Source of the DNA: Promethearchaeota archaeon | Lineage (GTDB): Archaea; Asgardarchaeota; Lokiarchaeia; Sigyniarchaeales; SOKP01 | Assembly (NCBI GenBank): GCA_048939995.1 | Contig: JBHLOY010000003.1 | Span: forward strand, 64,001-128,000 | Reading direction: 5' to 3' | DNA: 64,000 nucleotides | In this document: positions 30,814 through 39,972 of the stretch, in pieces | How the letters are laid out: each line of letters starts with the position of its first letter | Numbering within the stretch: the stretch's first letter is position 1 | Notes under the pieces: model-generated | Database searches by the model: none | The model's input: only the letters and a program-made list of their open reading frames with translations | What the model was told of the DNA's origin: nothing | Program-made: the position numbers and the translations under genes

Positions 30814-31548
30814 ATGGATATTCCTAAAATTAATTTACATATTCATTCATCTTATTCTGATGGAACAAATAATATTAGTGAAATAATAAAAAAAGCAATT
30901 AGTTATAACTTAAACTATGTAGCTGTTACAGATCATTTCACAAATTCATGGAAAGCAAAAATAATAGTCCATTTAAATTCCAAAGATAAAATTGCTAATT
31001 ATTTAGAAGATATCACTAAACGTCAACAATATTTAAATCAGAATAAAATTAACTTAAAACTTTTTAAAGGCATAGAAATTGACATTAGTAGTTCACAAAA
31101 TTATATATTAAGCTTAATTAATCCTTATAAATTTGATATAATTCTTTTCGAATATCTCGAAAATCCTGAAGGAATCGCTTTTATTAAAAATATTGTTAAA
31201 AATTGGAGGATCAAATATAAGCCTTACAGAGCTTTTCCCATTCTGGGTTTAGCTCATTTGGATCCCTCCTTCTTTATTTATAGTGCTCTAGCTGTCTTAA
31301 TAAATTTTTTAAAAGAATATAATATTTATTTTGAATTCAATTCAAGCTATTCTCAATATTATTCTGTAAAATATAAAGACTTTTTCATTAAATTAGCTAA
31401 AGAAAAATTATTAATTGGGATTGGATGTGATTCTCATGATTTAAAAAGTTTAAATAACATCGAAGAACCACTTAAAGTAATACAAGAATATGGGCTTCTA
31501 GATAATTTAATTACACTTATTAATATCCTTAAATCTAAACCATATTGA
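30814..31548 (+). CDS. PHP-domain phosphoesterase
   Basis: NLHIHSSYSDG, VTDH, GIE, AH, GCDSH. Confidence 0.9.
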   Translation: MDIPKINLHIHSSYSDGTNNISEIIKKAISYNLNYVAVTDHFTNSWKAKIIVHLNSKDKIANYLEDITKRQQYLNQNKINLKLFKGIEIDISSSQNYILSLINPYKFDIILFEYLENPEGIAFIKNIVKNWRIKYKPYRAFPILGLAHLDPSFFIYSALAVLINFLKEYNIYFEFNSSYSQYYSVKYKDFFIKLAKEKLLIGIGCDSHDLKSLNNIEEPLKVIQEYGLLDNLITLINILKSKPY

Positions 31549-31609
31549 ATTAAAAAAAATCATATTTAATTTTGTTGTTATATTCTATATAATGTCTAAA
31601 AGCTTTCTC

Positions 31610-31645
31610 AAAAATTTAAAACTTTAAAAAAAATTTAAAACTTTA
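31610..31645 (+). repeat. 17-bp direct repeat AAAAATTTAAAACTTTA x2 upstream of the sirtuin
   Basis: Copies at about 31610-31626 and 31629-31645. Confidence 0.45.
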
Positions 31646-31731
31646 GGAGTTAGTATAACCAATTAGATAATGAAACTTAAAATGTTCTAAAAATGAGAAT
31701 ATCTTTTTAATAGCATTTCTTTAGTTTAGCT

Positions 31732-32487
31732 ATGGATTTAAATGAGAAGATTGATCTGGCTGCAAAATGGATTGCAGAATCAAAACGACTAGTTGTATTC
31801 ACTGGAGCAGGAATTTCGACAGATTCAGGATTGCCAGACTATCGTGGACCTGATGGTGTATGGACTAGGCGAGATAAAGGTTTGCCTCCCCCAAAAAGTC
31901 CACCGTGGGATAAAGTTAAGCCAAACTCGAATCATTACCTCATCGTAGAATTATTAGAGTTAGGAAAATTAGATTTTCTTATATCCCAAAACGTCGATGG
32001 ATTACATGCGAAATCTGGAATCCCATTTAGTAAACTAGCAGAGTTACATGGCAATATGTATTTTATGAAGTGCCTAGATTGCTATAAGAAAATGACATTT
32101 GAAGAGGCAGGGTGGGATAAATCTAAATGGGGTTCAGGATATAGAACTAATAGAGTACGCGAAAATCAACCAAAATGTCCTTATTGTGGTGGTAGAATCG
32201 TTTCAAGCATAGTTAATTTTGGAGACTTACTGCCATATGATGAACTAGAAGAATCTAGAAAGCGCTCTGAAAATGCAGATACATTTTTTGTTATTGGATC
32301 ATCTTTAGTGGTTACTCCCGCAGCTAATATGCCGGGTTATGCCAAGATGAATAGAGCTAAGTTAATTATTCTAAATAAAGGAGATACACCTTATGATTCT
32401 GTGGCAGATATAAGATTTGATAATTTAATTGAAGATGTTTTGCCACCAATAATGGAAAAAGTAAGGAATCTTATAAAGAATCAATAG
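31732..32487 (+). CDS. Sir2-family NAD-dependent deacylase (SIRT6/class IV-like motifs)
   Basis: [37 protein letters not shown], CxxC...CxxC, GSSLVV. Confidence 0.95.
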   Translation: [251 protein letters not shown]

Positions 32488-32590
32488 ATTTTTTAGTATT
32501 AGTTTATAAATTGCGTTCGAAAATCTTCCTTGGTGGAGACCTATTTCTACATTAGATGGACTAATTATAGCAAAAATAAATAGAATAATT

Positions 32591-34240
32591 TTATTTTAAT
32601 TTCCCATAAATATCTTTATGTCCATTATATTCTTTTAAGACTTTCTTGCCTTCTTTATGAGATAAGGATAACGTAATTTCGCTATTACGGCTTAAAGAGC
32701 CTGCAAATATATGTCGATTATCAGCATAAACTATTATATTTCTACTAGCATATATAGGATCTGCCCTTAAAATTAACTTATTTCTTTGGACTTCTATATC
32801 CAGATTAATCTTTTCATTATATGAATCTTTTTCATCAGTAAACTCTTCCAATCGTCTATATCTTTTTGAACTTACTGGTTTAATGGGATTAACAACAATA
32901 TCTTGTCCAAAGGAATAAATTTCATACTCTAATTGTTTAGTCTTATAATCTCTTACTTCCACAACAGGTCTAGCAAGATCTTTATCTCTAAAACCATGTG
33001 GTACTTTTACAGTCATTTTTATAGCTAAAACTCTTGAAATATCTCCATCTTTTATAAATATTATAGTATCTATTATTGAAGGGAGCATACCAAGTTCTAT
33101 TCTCCCAATAAATCTTTGAATTGCGTCAATTGCGGATGAAGAATGCACAACACCAACCATACCTACTCCAGATAATCGAAAATCAGCATAAACTTGAAAA
33201 TCTTTTGTAGTTCTTACTTCATCAAATATGGTGAAATCAGGTCTCACTAATAAAAGTATATCTGCCGAATTTTCAAGGCTTCCTTCTAATTTAGTATATT
33301 GAGTAATTTCAGGAGTAACTTGTAAATCCCTTACACTCTCAAGTGTTTTCACGATTTTATTTTGTTGAGCATAGAAATTTGCTAGCGCTGCTGAAAAAGT
33401 ACTTTTACCAGCACCAGGTGAACCAGCAACTAGAATTCCTTCTGCCTTTTCCAGCCGTCTTCGTAACCTTGAGTCAATAGAATAATCTGATAGTGTCAAA
33501 TTAACAAGGGGACGTGTCGCAGTTATTTCAATATCATTTGAAAAAGGAGGACGAGTTATCACGATTCTAAACTCTCGTAGTTGGGCTACAACTGCACCAT
33601 ATTTTTCAATTTCAATGAATGAGTGAGTATCTTCGCGAGTAAATTCCACAATTTCCATCGCGATTTCTTCAAGCTGATCTTTAGATATTGATTCCTCTCT
33701 TACTATCTCTAAATACCAATTACCCGGACTACCCTTTTTAGCATAAGGAGGCAATTCTTGCTTTAAATGGACACTCATAGTATTTCCATCAAAAAATTTA
33801 ATTAATTGGAGTGAAGATGAATCAATTTTTGTCGGAGGGATTTTTTCCTTCACGGGCATTACTTCAATTCCCTCAAAAACTCCTACATCACCCTGAATTC
33901 TGTCCGAAGTGATTAAAATAGCCTTATTTTCGCGAGCAGATTCCCTAATTAAAGCATCTAATTCACCTCCAGGAGCCATTTTAATTTCTTCCCGAGTTGG
34001 CCTTTTGCCTATTAAATGTAATTGTATTTTATTTTCATTGTGGTATTGTCTAAGCCTTTTTAAAACATTCAAACCTAAAAATCCGATTTCCTTTTGAACA
34101 TTTGTTCGGTATTCAACTTCAGCTACAACAATATTAGGGATAAAGATTTCTGGATATTCACCTAATTCTCCATCTTCAATTAAATCCAAAATAAGTCCAT
34201 TAAAAATAACTGAAGTGTCACAGACAAACTTATCTGGCAT
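32591..34240 (-). CDS. PIN-domain ATPase (PINA / VirB11-like)
   Basis: VCDTSV PIN motif; GSPGAGKST, ESVRDLQ, RPDFTIFDEVR; likely start MPDKF at 34240 (ORF track 34255). Confidence 0.93.
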   Translation of the reverse strand: MPDKFVCDTSVIFNGLILDLIEDGELGEYPEIFIPNIVVAEVEYRTNVQKEIGFLGLNVLKRLRQYHNENKIQLHLIGKRPTREEIKMAPGGELDALIRESARENKAILITSDRIQGDVGVFEGIEVMPVKEKIPPTKIDSSSLQLIKFFDGNTMSVHLKQELPPYAKKGSPGNWYLEIVREESISKDQLEEIAMEIVEFTREDTHSFIEIEKYGAVVAQLREFRIVITRPPFSNDIEITATRPLVNLTLSDYSIDSRLRRRLEKAEGILVAGSPGAGKSTFSAALANFYAQQNKIVKTLESVRDLQVTPEITQYTKLEGSLENSADILLLVRPDFTIFDEVRTTKDFQVYADFRLSGVGMVGVVHSSSAIDAIQRFIGRIELGMLPSIIDTIIFIKDGDISRVLAIKMTVKVPHGFRDKDLARPVVEVRDYKTKQLEYEIYSFGQDIVVNPIKPVSSKRYRRLEEFTDEKDSYNEKINLDIEVQRNKLILRADPIYASRNIIVYADNRHIFAGSLSRNSEITLSLSHKEGKKVLKEYNGHKDIYGKLK

Positions 34241-34847
34241 ATTCTTCATCATCAATATCTAATTTACTAATTAACTCAAACTTATTGACACTATAATAGA
34301 TTGGTTTGGATAGTCTATCAACTGTAGCAACGATTAAATCTTTTCTAGAGCTCATAGCAACTCGAGACATTTTGTCTAAATCCTTTAATTCGATTGGATA
34401 TCCTTCAAATACCGGATATATTAAATATTTTGCAGCATCTTCCTTTATATCTGCCCCTCTTTTGTAAACACGAAAATCAATCCCATTCCCATATCCTGCC
34501 CTAACAATATATCCCCTTTTTCGAAGATCCATATAAATAATATACTTTTGCCATAATCTGGAATCAAATTGAGTGAAATAAATCAATAAATTTTCAAAAT
34601 CATATACTTGATTATTTTTATTATTTTCTCTCCATAATAAAATTCTATTTCTTTCACATAAGAGGAGGACTTCGATTGGTTCTAAAACTAATATTTTATC
34701 ACCCTCTTCTCTCTCTTCTAAAGTTCCAATATAAGATCCATTGTAAAACTCTTCTATGGCTTCTTCATCAGAAATAATTACTTTATCTTTCTTGATAATT
34801 GCCTCGAACTGTGTTTTCTCTGCCTTTTCACTAGCTTTTTCTGTCAT
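34230..34847 (-). CDS. endA: tRNA-intron endonuclease family subunit (catalytic His apparently absent)
   Basis: LEPIEVLLL, YMDLRKRGYIVRAG, DFRVY, RVAMSSRK; DAAKYLI where active subunits have HSxYLV. Confidence 0.85.
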   Translation of the reverse strand: MTEKASEKAEKTQFEAIIKKDKVIISDEEAIEEFYNGSYIGTLEEREEGDKILVLEPIEVLLLCERNRILLWRENNKNNQVYDFENLLIYFTQFDSRLWQKYIIYMDLRKRGYIVRAGYGNGIDFRVYKRGADIKEDAAKYLIYPVFEGYPIELKDLDKMSRVAMSSRKDLIVATVDRLSKPIYYSVNKFELISKLDIDDEEYAR

Positions 34848-34907
34848 GTTCCCTAATTATTATAGACTTTGATATTTATTGAACTTAACCATAATGAAAA
34901 ATGTATA

Positions 34908-35789
34908 CTATATTGAACGAGCTATAATGAAATCTATTAATTTACCGAGGTGTTTAACATTTTCATAGACTTTTGGAGCTCTTTCTTCTAAATATCCTTT
35001 AAAAACTCCCCAATTCTCCTTATTACCTGAAGGTGCTTCAATTAATAACTTTTTAGCTTCATTAATATCATAAGTAAAAATGAGAGCATTATCAAGTTTG
35101 TTAGCATAATCACTTAATAAAAATATATAAAACTCATTTAGATCCCAAGGATTTAATACATAAGCGGGTTTATTTCCATCTCCTGCATTTTTCCCTCTCA
35201 ATAGCCGAGTATCTACTTGTGTTGGCAATACCATATTAAAATTGATATTTTCTTTTTTATATTCTGTAGCCATAGATTTCTGCATTCCAACCACTGCATA
35301 TTTAGTGGCAACATAAGCAGTAAGCCTTGGTGGAGCGTTCGGATAAGCTTCACTTCCAGTTATTATGAATCTTGCTTTTTTATTTTTATCTTCTTTATCC
35401 ATATAAGGATAAGCTGCTTTAAATGTGAAAAATACTCCTAATACATTAGCGTTTAAAATTTCAGAGAATTTCTCATTATTAAATTCATGAGTTGCCCACA
35501 TGCGTGAATAACCAGCATTTGCAATGACTCCATTTAAAGGGCCAAACTCTTCATAAAAGAATTTAAATGCTGCCATTACTTCGTCATATTTGCTAATATC
35601 TGCAACTTTAATTACTACTTTCACATCAGTTCCAAGAGCGATGATCTCCTTTTTAGTTTGGTTTAATTCCTCTAATGTACGTGAGGTTAGCCCAACCTTT
35701 GCCCCTTCTTTAGCGCAAGCTATAGCAACGGCTTTTCCTATACCTCTTCCAGAACCAGTAATTACAACATTTTTACCTTTTAATAACAT
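34908..35789 (-). CDS. short-chain dehydrogenase/reductase
   Basis: TGSGRGIG, ANAG, YVATK. Confidence 0.95.
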   Translation of the reverse strand: MLLKGKNVVITGSGRGIGKAVAIACAKEGAKVGLTSRTLEELNQTKKEIIALGTDVKVVIKVADISKYDEVMAAFKFFYEEFGPLNGVIANAGYSRMWATHEFNNEKFSEILNANVLGVFFTFKAAYPYMDKEDKNKKARFIITGSEAYPNAPPRLTAYVATKYAVVGMQKSMATEYKKENINFNMVLPTQVDTRLLRGKNAGDGNKPAYVLNPWDLNEFYIFLLSDYANKLDNALIFTYDINEAKKLLIEAPSGNKENWGVFKGYLEERAPKVYENVKHLGKLIDFIIARSI

Positions 35790-35875
35790 AAGTGAATCAA
35801 AAATTTTTGAAATAAAAGATTTACTTTAATTAATAATAAAATAATTAATAGTTATTCAACTTTTTTCTCTTAATA

Positions 35876-36475
35876 ATGAATGAATTATATGAAAAACTTA
35901 AGATTCGCTTGAAACATGCATCCAAAATTATATTTATGGGAATTGGAGAGGAGAAGTTAAGAGATGATGGTGTCGGCCCATACATTATTGGTGAACTCTT
36001 AACTCACTTTAACATGGAAAATCTCCTTAATAAAATGATTCTATTTATAAATGCTGGAACTGATCCTATGGCAAGAGTTGATGAAATTGTTAAATTTAAC
36101 CCCTCACATCTAATCCTCCTAGATACTTGTACATTAAGTAAACCCCCTGGAACTATTGCAATCCTTGAACGTGAGAATATTAGCGAATTTGTCCCTATAT
36201 CATCGCATACGGTTCCAATTCATATAGTCATGGATTTTATTATAAAGCAAACTCCAATGCTAGACATATTTATGATTGGCTTTGTACCCGAAAGCCTTGA
36301 AGGATTTGAAAATTTACAATTCTATAAAGCAGATAAAATTAGTGATGATCAGATGAGTGAGAATATTGATCTCCCTTTTTTTAAGATTAACTTGACTAAA
36401 AAATTAGAGAAAGCAGCACTCGAAGTTATTAATATTATAAAAAGATTAATTAATGACTTAATTCCAAAAATATAA
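35876..36475 (+). CDS. hydrogenase maturation endopeptidase (HycI-like)
   Basis: MGIGEEKLRDDGVG, ILLD, SSHTVP. Confidence 0.85.
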   Translation: MNELYEKLKIRLKHASKIIFMGIGEEKLRDDGVGPYIIGELLTHFNMENLLNKMILFINAGTDPMARVDEIVKFNPSHLILLDTCTLSKPPGTIAILERENISEFVPISSHTVPIHIVMDFIIKQTPMLDIFMIGFVPESLEGFENLQFYKADKISDDQMSENIDLPFFKINLTKKLEKAALEVINIIKRLINDLIPKI

Positions 36476-36548
36476 TAATTCCCTTTTTAATCTCTATTTA
36501 GTTAAAGTTAAACATAATGAAAAGAAAGAGAAAGAAATAAGAAATTAT

Positions 36549-36803
36549 TTATAATCCGCCCGCTTGGGTGGCCATAACAGTTATTACATCCTTTTTTGGA
36601 TGAATTCCTACTTTTGCGAATTTAAGATCATCTGGAAGTACCTTGCCTTTAAAAATGAATTGTATTGCTAAAATTGGGTTCAATTTGTATTCTCTCTGAA
36701 CAGTTTTTTTAATATCTGCAATAGATTGGTTTGGATCAACTTCAATTAACTTTATAGCCTGATCTGGTGGTACTCCAGTAAGTCTAAACCGATATTGAGT
36801 CAT
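36549..36803 (-). CDS. ubiquitin-like protein with C-terminal GG-L
   Basis: IEVDPNQSIADIK, FIFKGKVLPDD, QAGGL; beta-grasp pattern. Confidence 0.88.
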   Translation of the reverse strand: MTQYRFRLTGVPPDQAIKLIEVDPNQSIADIKKTVQREYKLNPILAIQFIFKGKVLPDDLKFAKVGIHPKKDVITVMATQAGGL

Positions 36804-36956
36804 TTTATATCAACTAAATTTTTATTTATAATTTTATATATAAATAAATGTATATTAACAAAAATAAAAGGTCAGCGGTCTTGTAAGTTGTACTAAAGTT
36901 TAAATTGATTCATATCTATCGACAAAAACCAAATTGGCTTTATTAAGCAATCTTAC

Positions 36957-37154
36957 TTAAAACTTAAAGGGTTCTGGAGGTTGGCCCGGAGGACCTGGCG
37001 GATTTGGTGGTGGGAATGGGCTAGGTTGAGGTGATGGTTGAATTGGTAACCGACTTAATCTATTTTCAATCAATGAAATACGATTTTCTAATTCATTTAA
37101 TCTCTTTTCAATTTTATTAATTTTTTCCAATAAGTTTGGGTTTTCTATTGTCAT
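36957..37154 (-). CDS. 65-aa coiled-coil protein with polyproline tail
   Basis: LLEKINKIEKRLNELENRISLIENRL heptads, then PIQPSPQPSPFPPPNPPGPPGQPPEPFKF. Confidence 0.75.
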   Translation of the reverse strand: MTIENPNLLEKINKIEKRLNELENRISLIENRLSRLPIQPSPQPSPFPPPNPPGPPGQPPEPFKF

Positions 37155-37328
37155 TATATATCAAATTAAAAATTTTATAGACTGATATTTATTCTTAACT
37201 CTCTATCAAAGAATTAAAAATAAGAATATTAATAAACCAAATTTGTATTAATTAGTATTTTATTTTTTTTTGGTTTTAGTACAGAAAAAAAGTATAATTT
37301 TATATTTTAAGATCTTTACTTAATTATT

Positions 37329-38432
37329 ATGGAAAGTTGGAATATTTCAAAAAAGTTAAAGAGTGAGTTACTCAAAAAGTCTAGTAGTATTGAAGATAAT
37401 AGTAGGAGGATATTGTACATTCTTAGAAACTTAGGTCCACAGAGATTTACTAATATTATAAAATATTCAAATTTAAGTAGATCGACTGTATCTAAATATT
37501 TAAATTTACATCGAAAAGAAAAAAATGTTGAACAAAGGTTAATTACTGATAAAGAAACCAGTAAACAATATCAAGGTTATGTTATCACTGAAAAAGGTGT
37601 AGAAAAATTAGGAGAGGGCCCTTTAAGATTAAAAGATGAACTTTATATAATTAATGAATTAAAAAAAAATGTTCGAAAACTAGAAGATTTAATCGAATTT
37701 TATAAAAAAGTAAATGTAGAAGACCCGTTTATAATTCATATAGTACGTATTATCTCTAAAATAGGTGACAACTTTTTTGAATTACATCAAGATAGAGATC
37801 TATATTTATCTCTTTTTTATATCTTCTATAATTCTATTTTAGGGCAAGGAGCTTTAGCACGAAAATATTGGCATTTTGAAGATTCTAGTCCTCAAAAGTT
37901 TGCTGGCTATAAATTGAATTTAGACCAATTTTGTGAATTATATCACGTTTCCAAAGAAGCAATTAACTATTTAGCTCGAATTAAATTAATTAATCCCGAT
38001 TTTGGATTTTATCTAATTAAGCGTGAAAAAAATGATTTCTTCTTCCATGAAGAAGATCTTTTGGGTACCACAACGATTCGATTAATTAAAGATCGATTAA
38101 TAGATGAAATAATTAATCTTCAGGAAGGAATCTATGATATGATCTATGATCTAGATATCATTGCCGAAGATATAACCAACCAATTAAAAGAAATGGGTTT
38201 AATATGGAATGCTATAAAAGAGCAATTTCAATTATTGGTTATAAATCTTATAATTAAGAATGCAATAGAAATGGGTTTTCTAGATATTGAACGCGAAAAA
38301 TTAATGGAAGGAATTGCTCAATCAAAAAAATTAGCAATGTCTAAAGAAGGAAAAATCCTTCAAAAGTCAATTTTAAAAGGTTCAAAAATTGAAGCAAATC
38401 TTAATGTTCTTAGTCTAATTTTAGAAGGGTAA
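37329..38432 (+). CDS. winged-helix DNA-binding protein with uncharacterised C-terminal domain
   Basis: ILYILRNLGPQRFTNIIKYSNLSRSTVSKYL...YVITEKG. Confidence 0.75.
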   Translation: MESWNISKKLKSELLKKSSSIEDNSRRILYILRNLGPQRFTNIIKYSNLSRSTVSKYLNLHRKEKNVEQRLITDKETSKQYQGYVITEKGVEKLGEGPLRLKDELYIINELKKNVRKLEDLIEFYKKVNVEDPFIIHIVRIISKIGDNFFELHQDRDLYLSLFYIFYNSILGQGALARKYWHFEDSSPQKFAGYKLNLDQFCELYHVSKEAINYLARIKLINPDFGFYLIKREKNDFFFHEEDLLGTTTIRLIKDRLIDEIINLQEGIYDMIYDLDIIAEDITNQLKEMGLIWNAIKEQFQLLVINLIIKNAIEMGFLDIEREKLMEGIAQSKKLAMSKEGKILQKSILKGSKIEANLNVLSLILEG

Positions 38433-39030
38433 CTTATGGCAACTAATTACCAAATCCAGAAAGACTAGAGTTTTAATATGTCATAAACTTAGAATATTAG
38501 AACTTAATAATAATCGTTTGAATAATTTAAAAAATCTTGAAAAATTATCGCTTAGGAACAATTTAATAGAGGAAATTTGTGATTTAAATGGGCTCAATCA
38601 CTTAGAGTATCTTGATCTTTCAGGAAATGTTGGTATCAATGAAATTCTAGATTCTCTAAAAGATCACCCGTCATTAAAAACATTAAAATTATCTGGGTGC
38701 CCCCTTAAGAAATATTCAGCCTCCGTGTCAAAATTTTTTTGGATGGAAGCTAATTATAGCTACTATTCCAATTATTCCTCAAAGGATACTATTCAATACC
38801 AACGTATCTTTAATAGAAACCCTCAATATGGCAATAGAGTTTATAAACATTTCGTAAAATAGTTATTAAATATCAAATCGATTAAATTTAAATTAACATG
38901 TAGTTACGAAACCATTATTCAGTATGAAAATGAAACAAATAAGAGTGCTATTTGGAGTGGTAAGGCCACAAAAGCTTTTATGAAGTGGTTATATGAAAAA
39001 AAGCAAACAAGGATTACTGATTTCTTATGA
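38425..39030 (+). pseudogene. degraded leucine-rich-repeat protein gene with in-frame TAG and C-terminal PIP-box-like motif
   Basis: LRRs (LRILELNNNRL, LEKLSLRNNLI, LEYLDLSGN, LKTLKLSGC); first LRR lies upstream of the only usable start; TAG at 38860-38862, then 55 more sense codons ending QTRITDFL-TGA. Confidence 0.7.
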
Positions 39031-39969
39031 AATATTTAACATTTTCTCAATCGGTTTTAAAGCTCTTTTAGCGATGTCCGAAGGCACTTTTACTTCATAA
39101 GGCTTATCTTCTAGATTTTCCAAAATATATTTAATCAATTCAAGATTGTGCTTTTTCATATTGTAGCAGATTAATTTATCCCTTGCTAATTGTAGATTTG
39201 TTTCTGGAAAATCCTGTTTCAAGCGTTCTAATAATCCAACCTCAGTTCCAATTATGAATTCACTAACTTTTAAAGAGTTTTCTTTAACATAATTATACAT
39301 CCGTGTGGTAGAGCCAACAAAATCTGCCATATTTCTTACTTCTCTTACACATTCAGGGTGAACAAGAAGTTTTGCTTGAGGATACTTAGCCTTTATGGTA
39401 TGAATATCTTCTACTGTAATTTGCGAGTGAACATAACAATGTCCATTATCAGGCATTTTAATAGTTTTAATATTAGATAATTCTTCAGCATAATCTGCCA
39501 AATTGGCGTCGGGTCCGAAAAGAACTGCATTAACGTTATATTCTTTACTAATGTTTTTAACAACTTTTACAGCATTAGATGATGTACAGCAAACATCAGA
39601 TTCAGCCTTCACTGCTGCAGTTGAATTTATATATACTACCGTAGGTAAATCAGGAAATCTTTGTTTAAAATCTAATACTTTTTCAGGAGTCAAAAAAGCT
39701 GCCATGGGGCAACAAGATTCGGGATTTGGGATTAGAACATGCTTATCTTGGTTCAAAATTGATGCTGTTTCAGCCATGAAATCAACTCCTGCAAATATAA
39801 TGTATTCTGTATGAATTCTTTCCTTGGCTATCCGAGATAAGCCAAGAGAGTCACCTAGATAATCTGCGATTTCCTGGATTTCAATAGGTTGATAATAATG
39901 TCCCAAAATTGTCACATCGTTACTTTTTTTTAATTTTAACACTTCTTCTTGAAGTTGACTAAATTTCAA
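39025..39969 (-). CDS. nadA: quinolinate synthase A
   Basis: GHYYQ, GDSLGL, FMAETA, CPMA, YINS, CYVH, HPEC, CYNMK. Confidence 0.97.
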   Translation of the reverse strand: MKFSQLQEEVLKLKKSNDVTILGHYYQPIEIQEIADYLGDSLGLSRIAKERIHTEYIIFAGVDFMAETASILNQDKHVLIPNPESCCPMAAFLTPEKVLDFKQRFPDLPTVVYINSTAAVKAESDVCCTSSNAVKVVKNISKEYNVNAVLFGPDANLADYAEELSNIKTIKMPDNGHCYVHSQITVEDIHTIKAKYPQAKLLVHPECVREVRNMADFVGSTTRMYNYVKENSLKVSEFIIGTEVGLLERLKQDFPETNLQLARDKLICYNMKKHNLELIKYILENLEDKPYEVKVPSDIAKRALKPIEKMLNIS

Positions 39970-39972
39970 ACT

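Noticed and set aside
31732-32487. Sir2 anti-phage effector (Thoeris/DSR type)
   Set aside because: It is a compact Zn-binding deacylase-type sirtuin with no defence partner genes
38860-38862. Pyrrolysine/amber read-through of the LRR gene TAG
   Set aside because: TAG ends several intact genes here (e.g. at 1019, 7229, 8888, 32487), it aligns with Trp (TGG to TAG), the 5' end is also damaged, and no pyl genes are in the window
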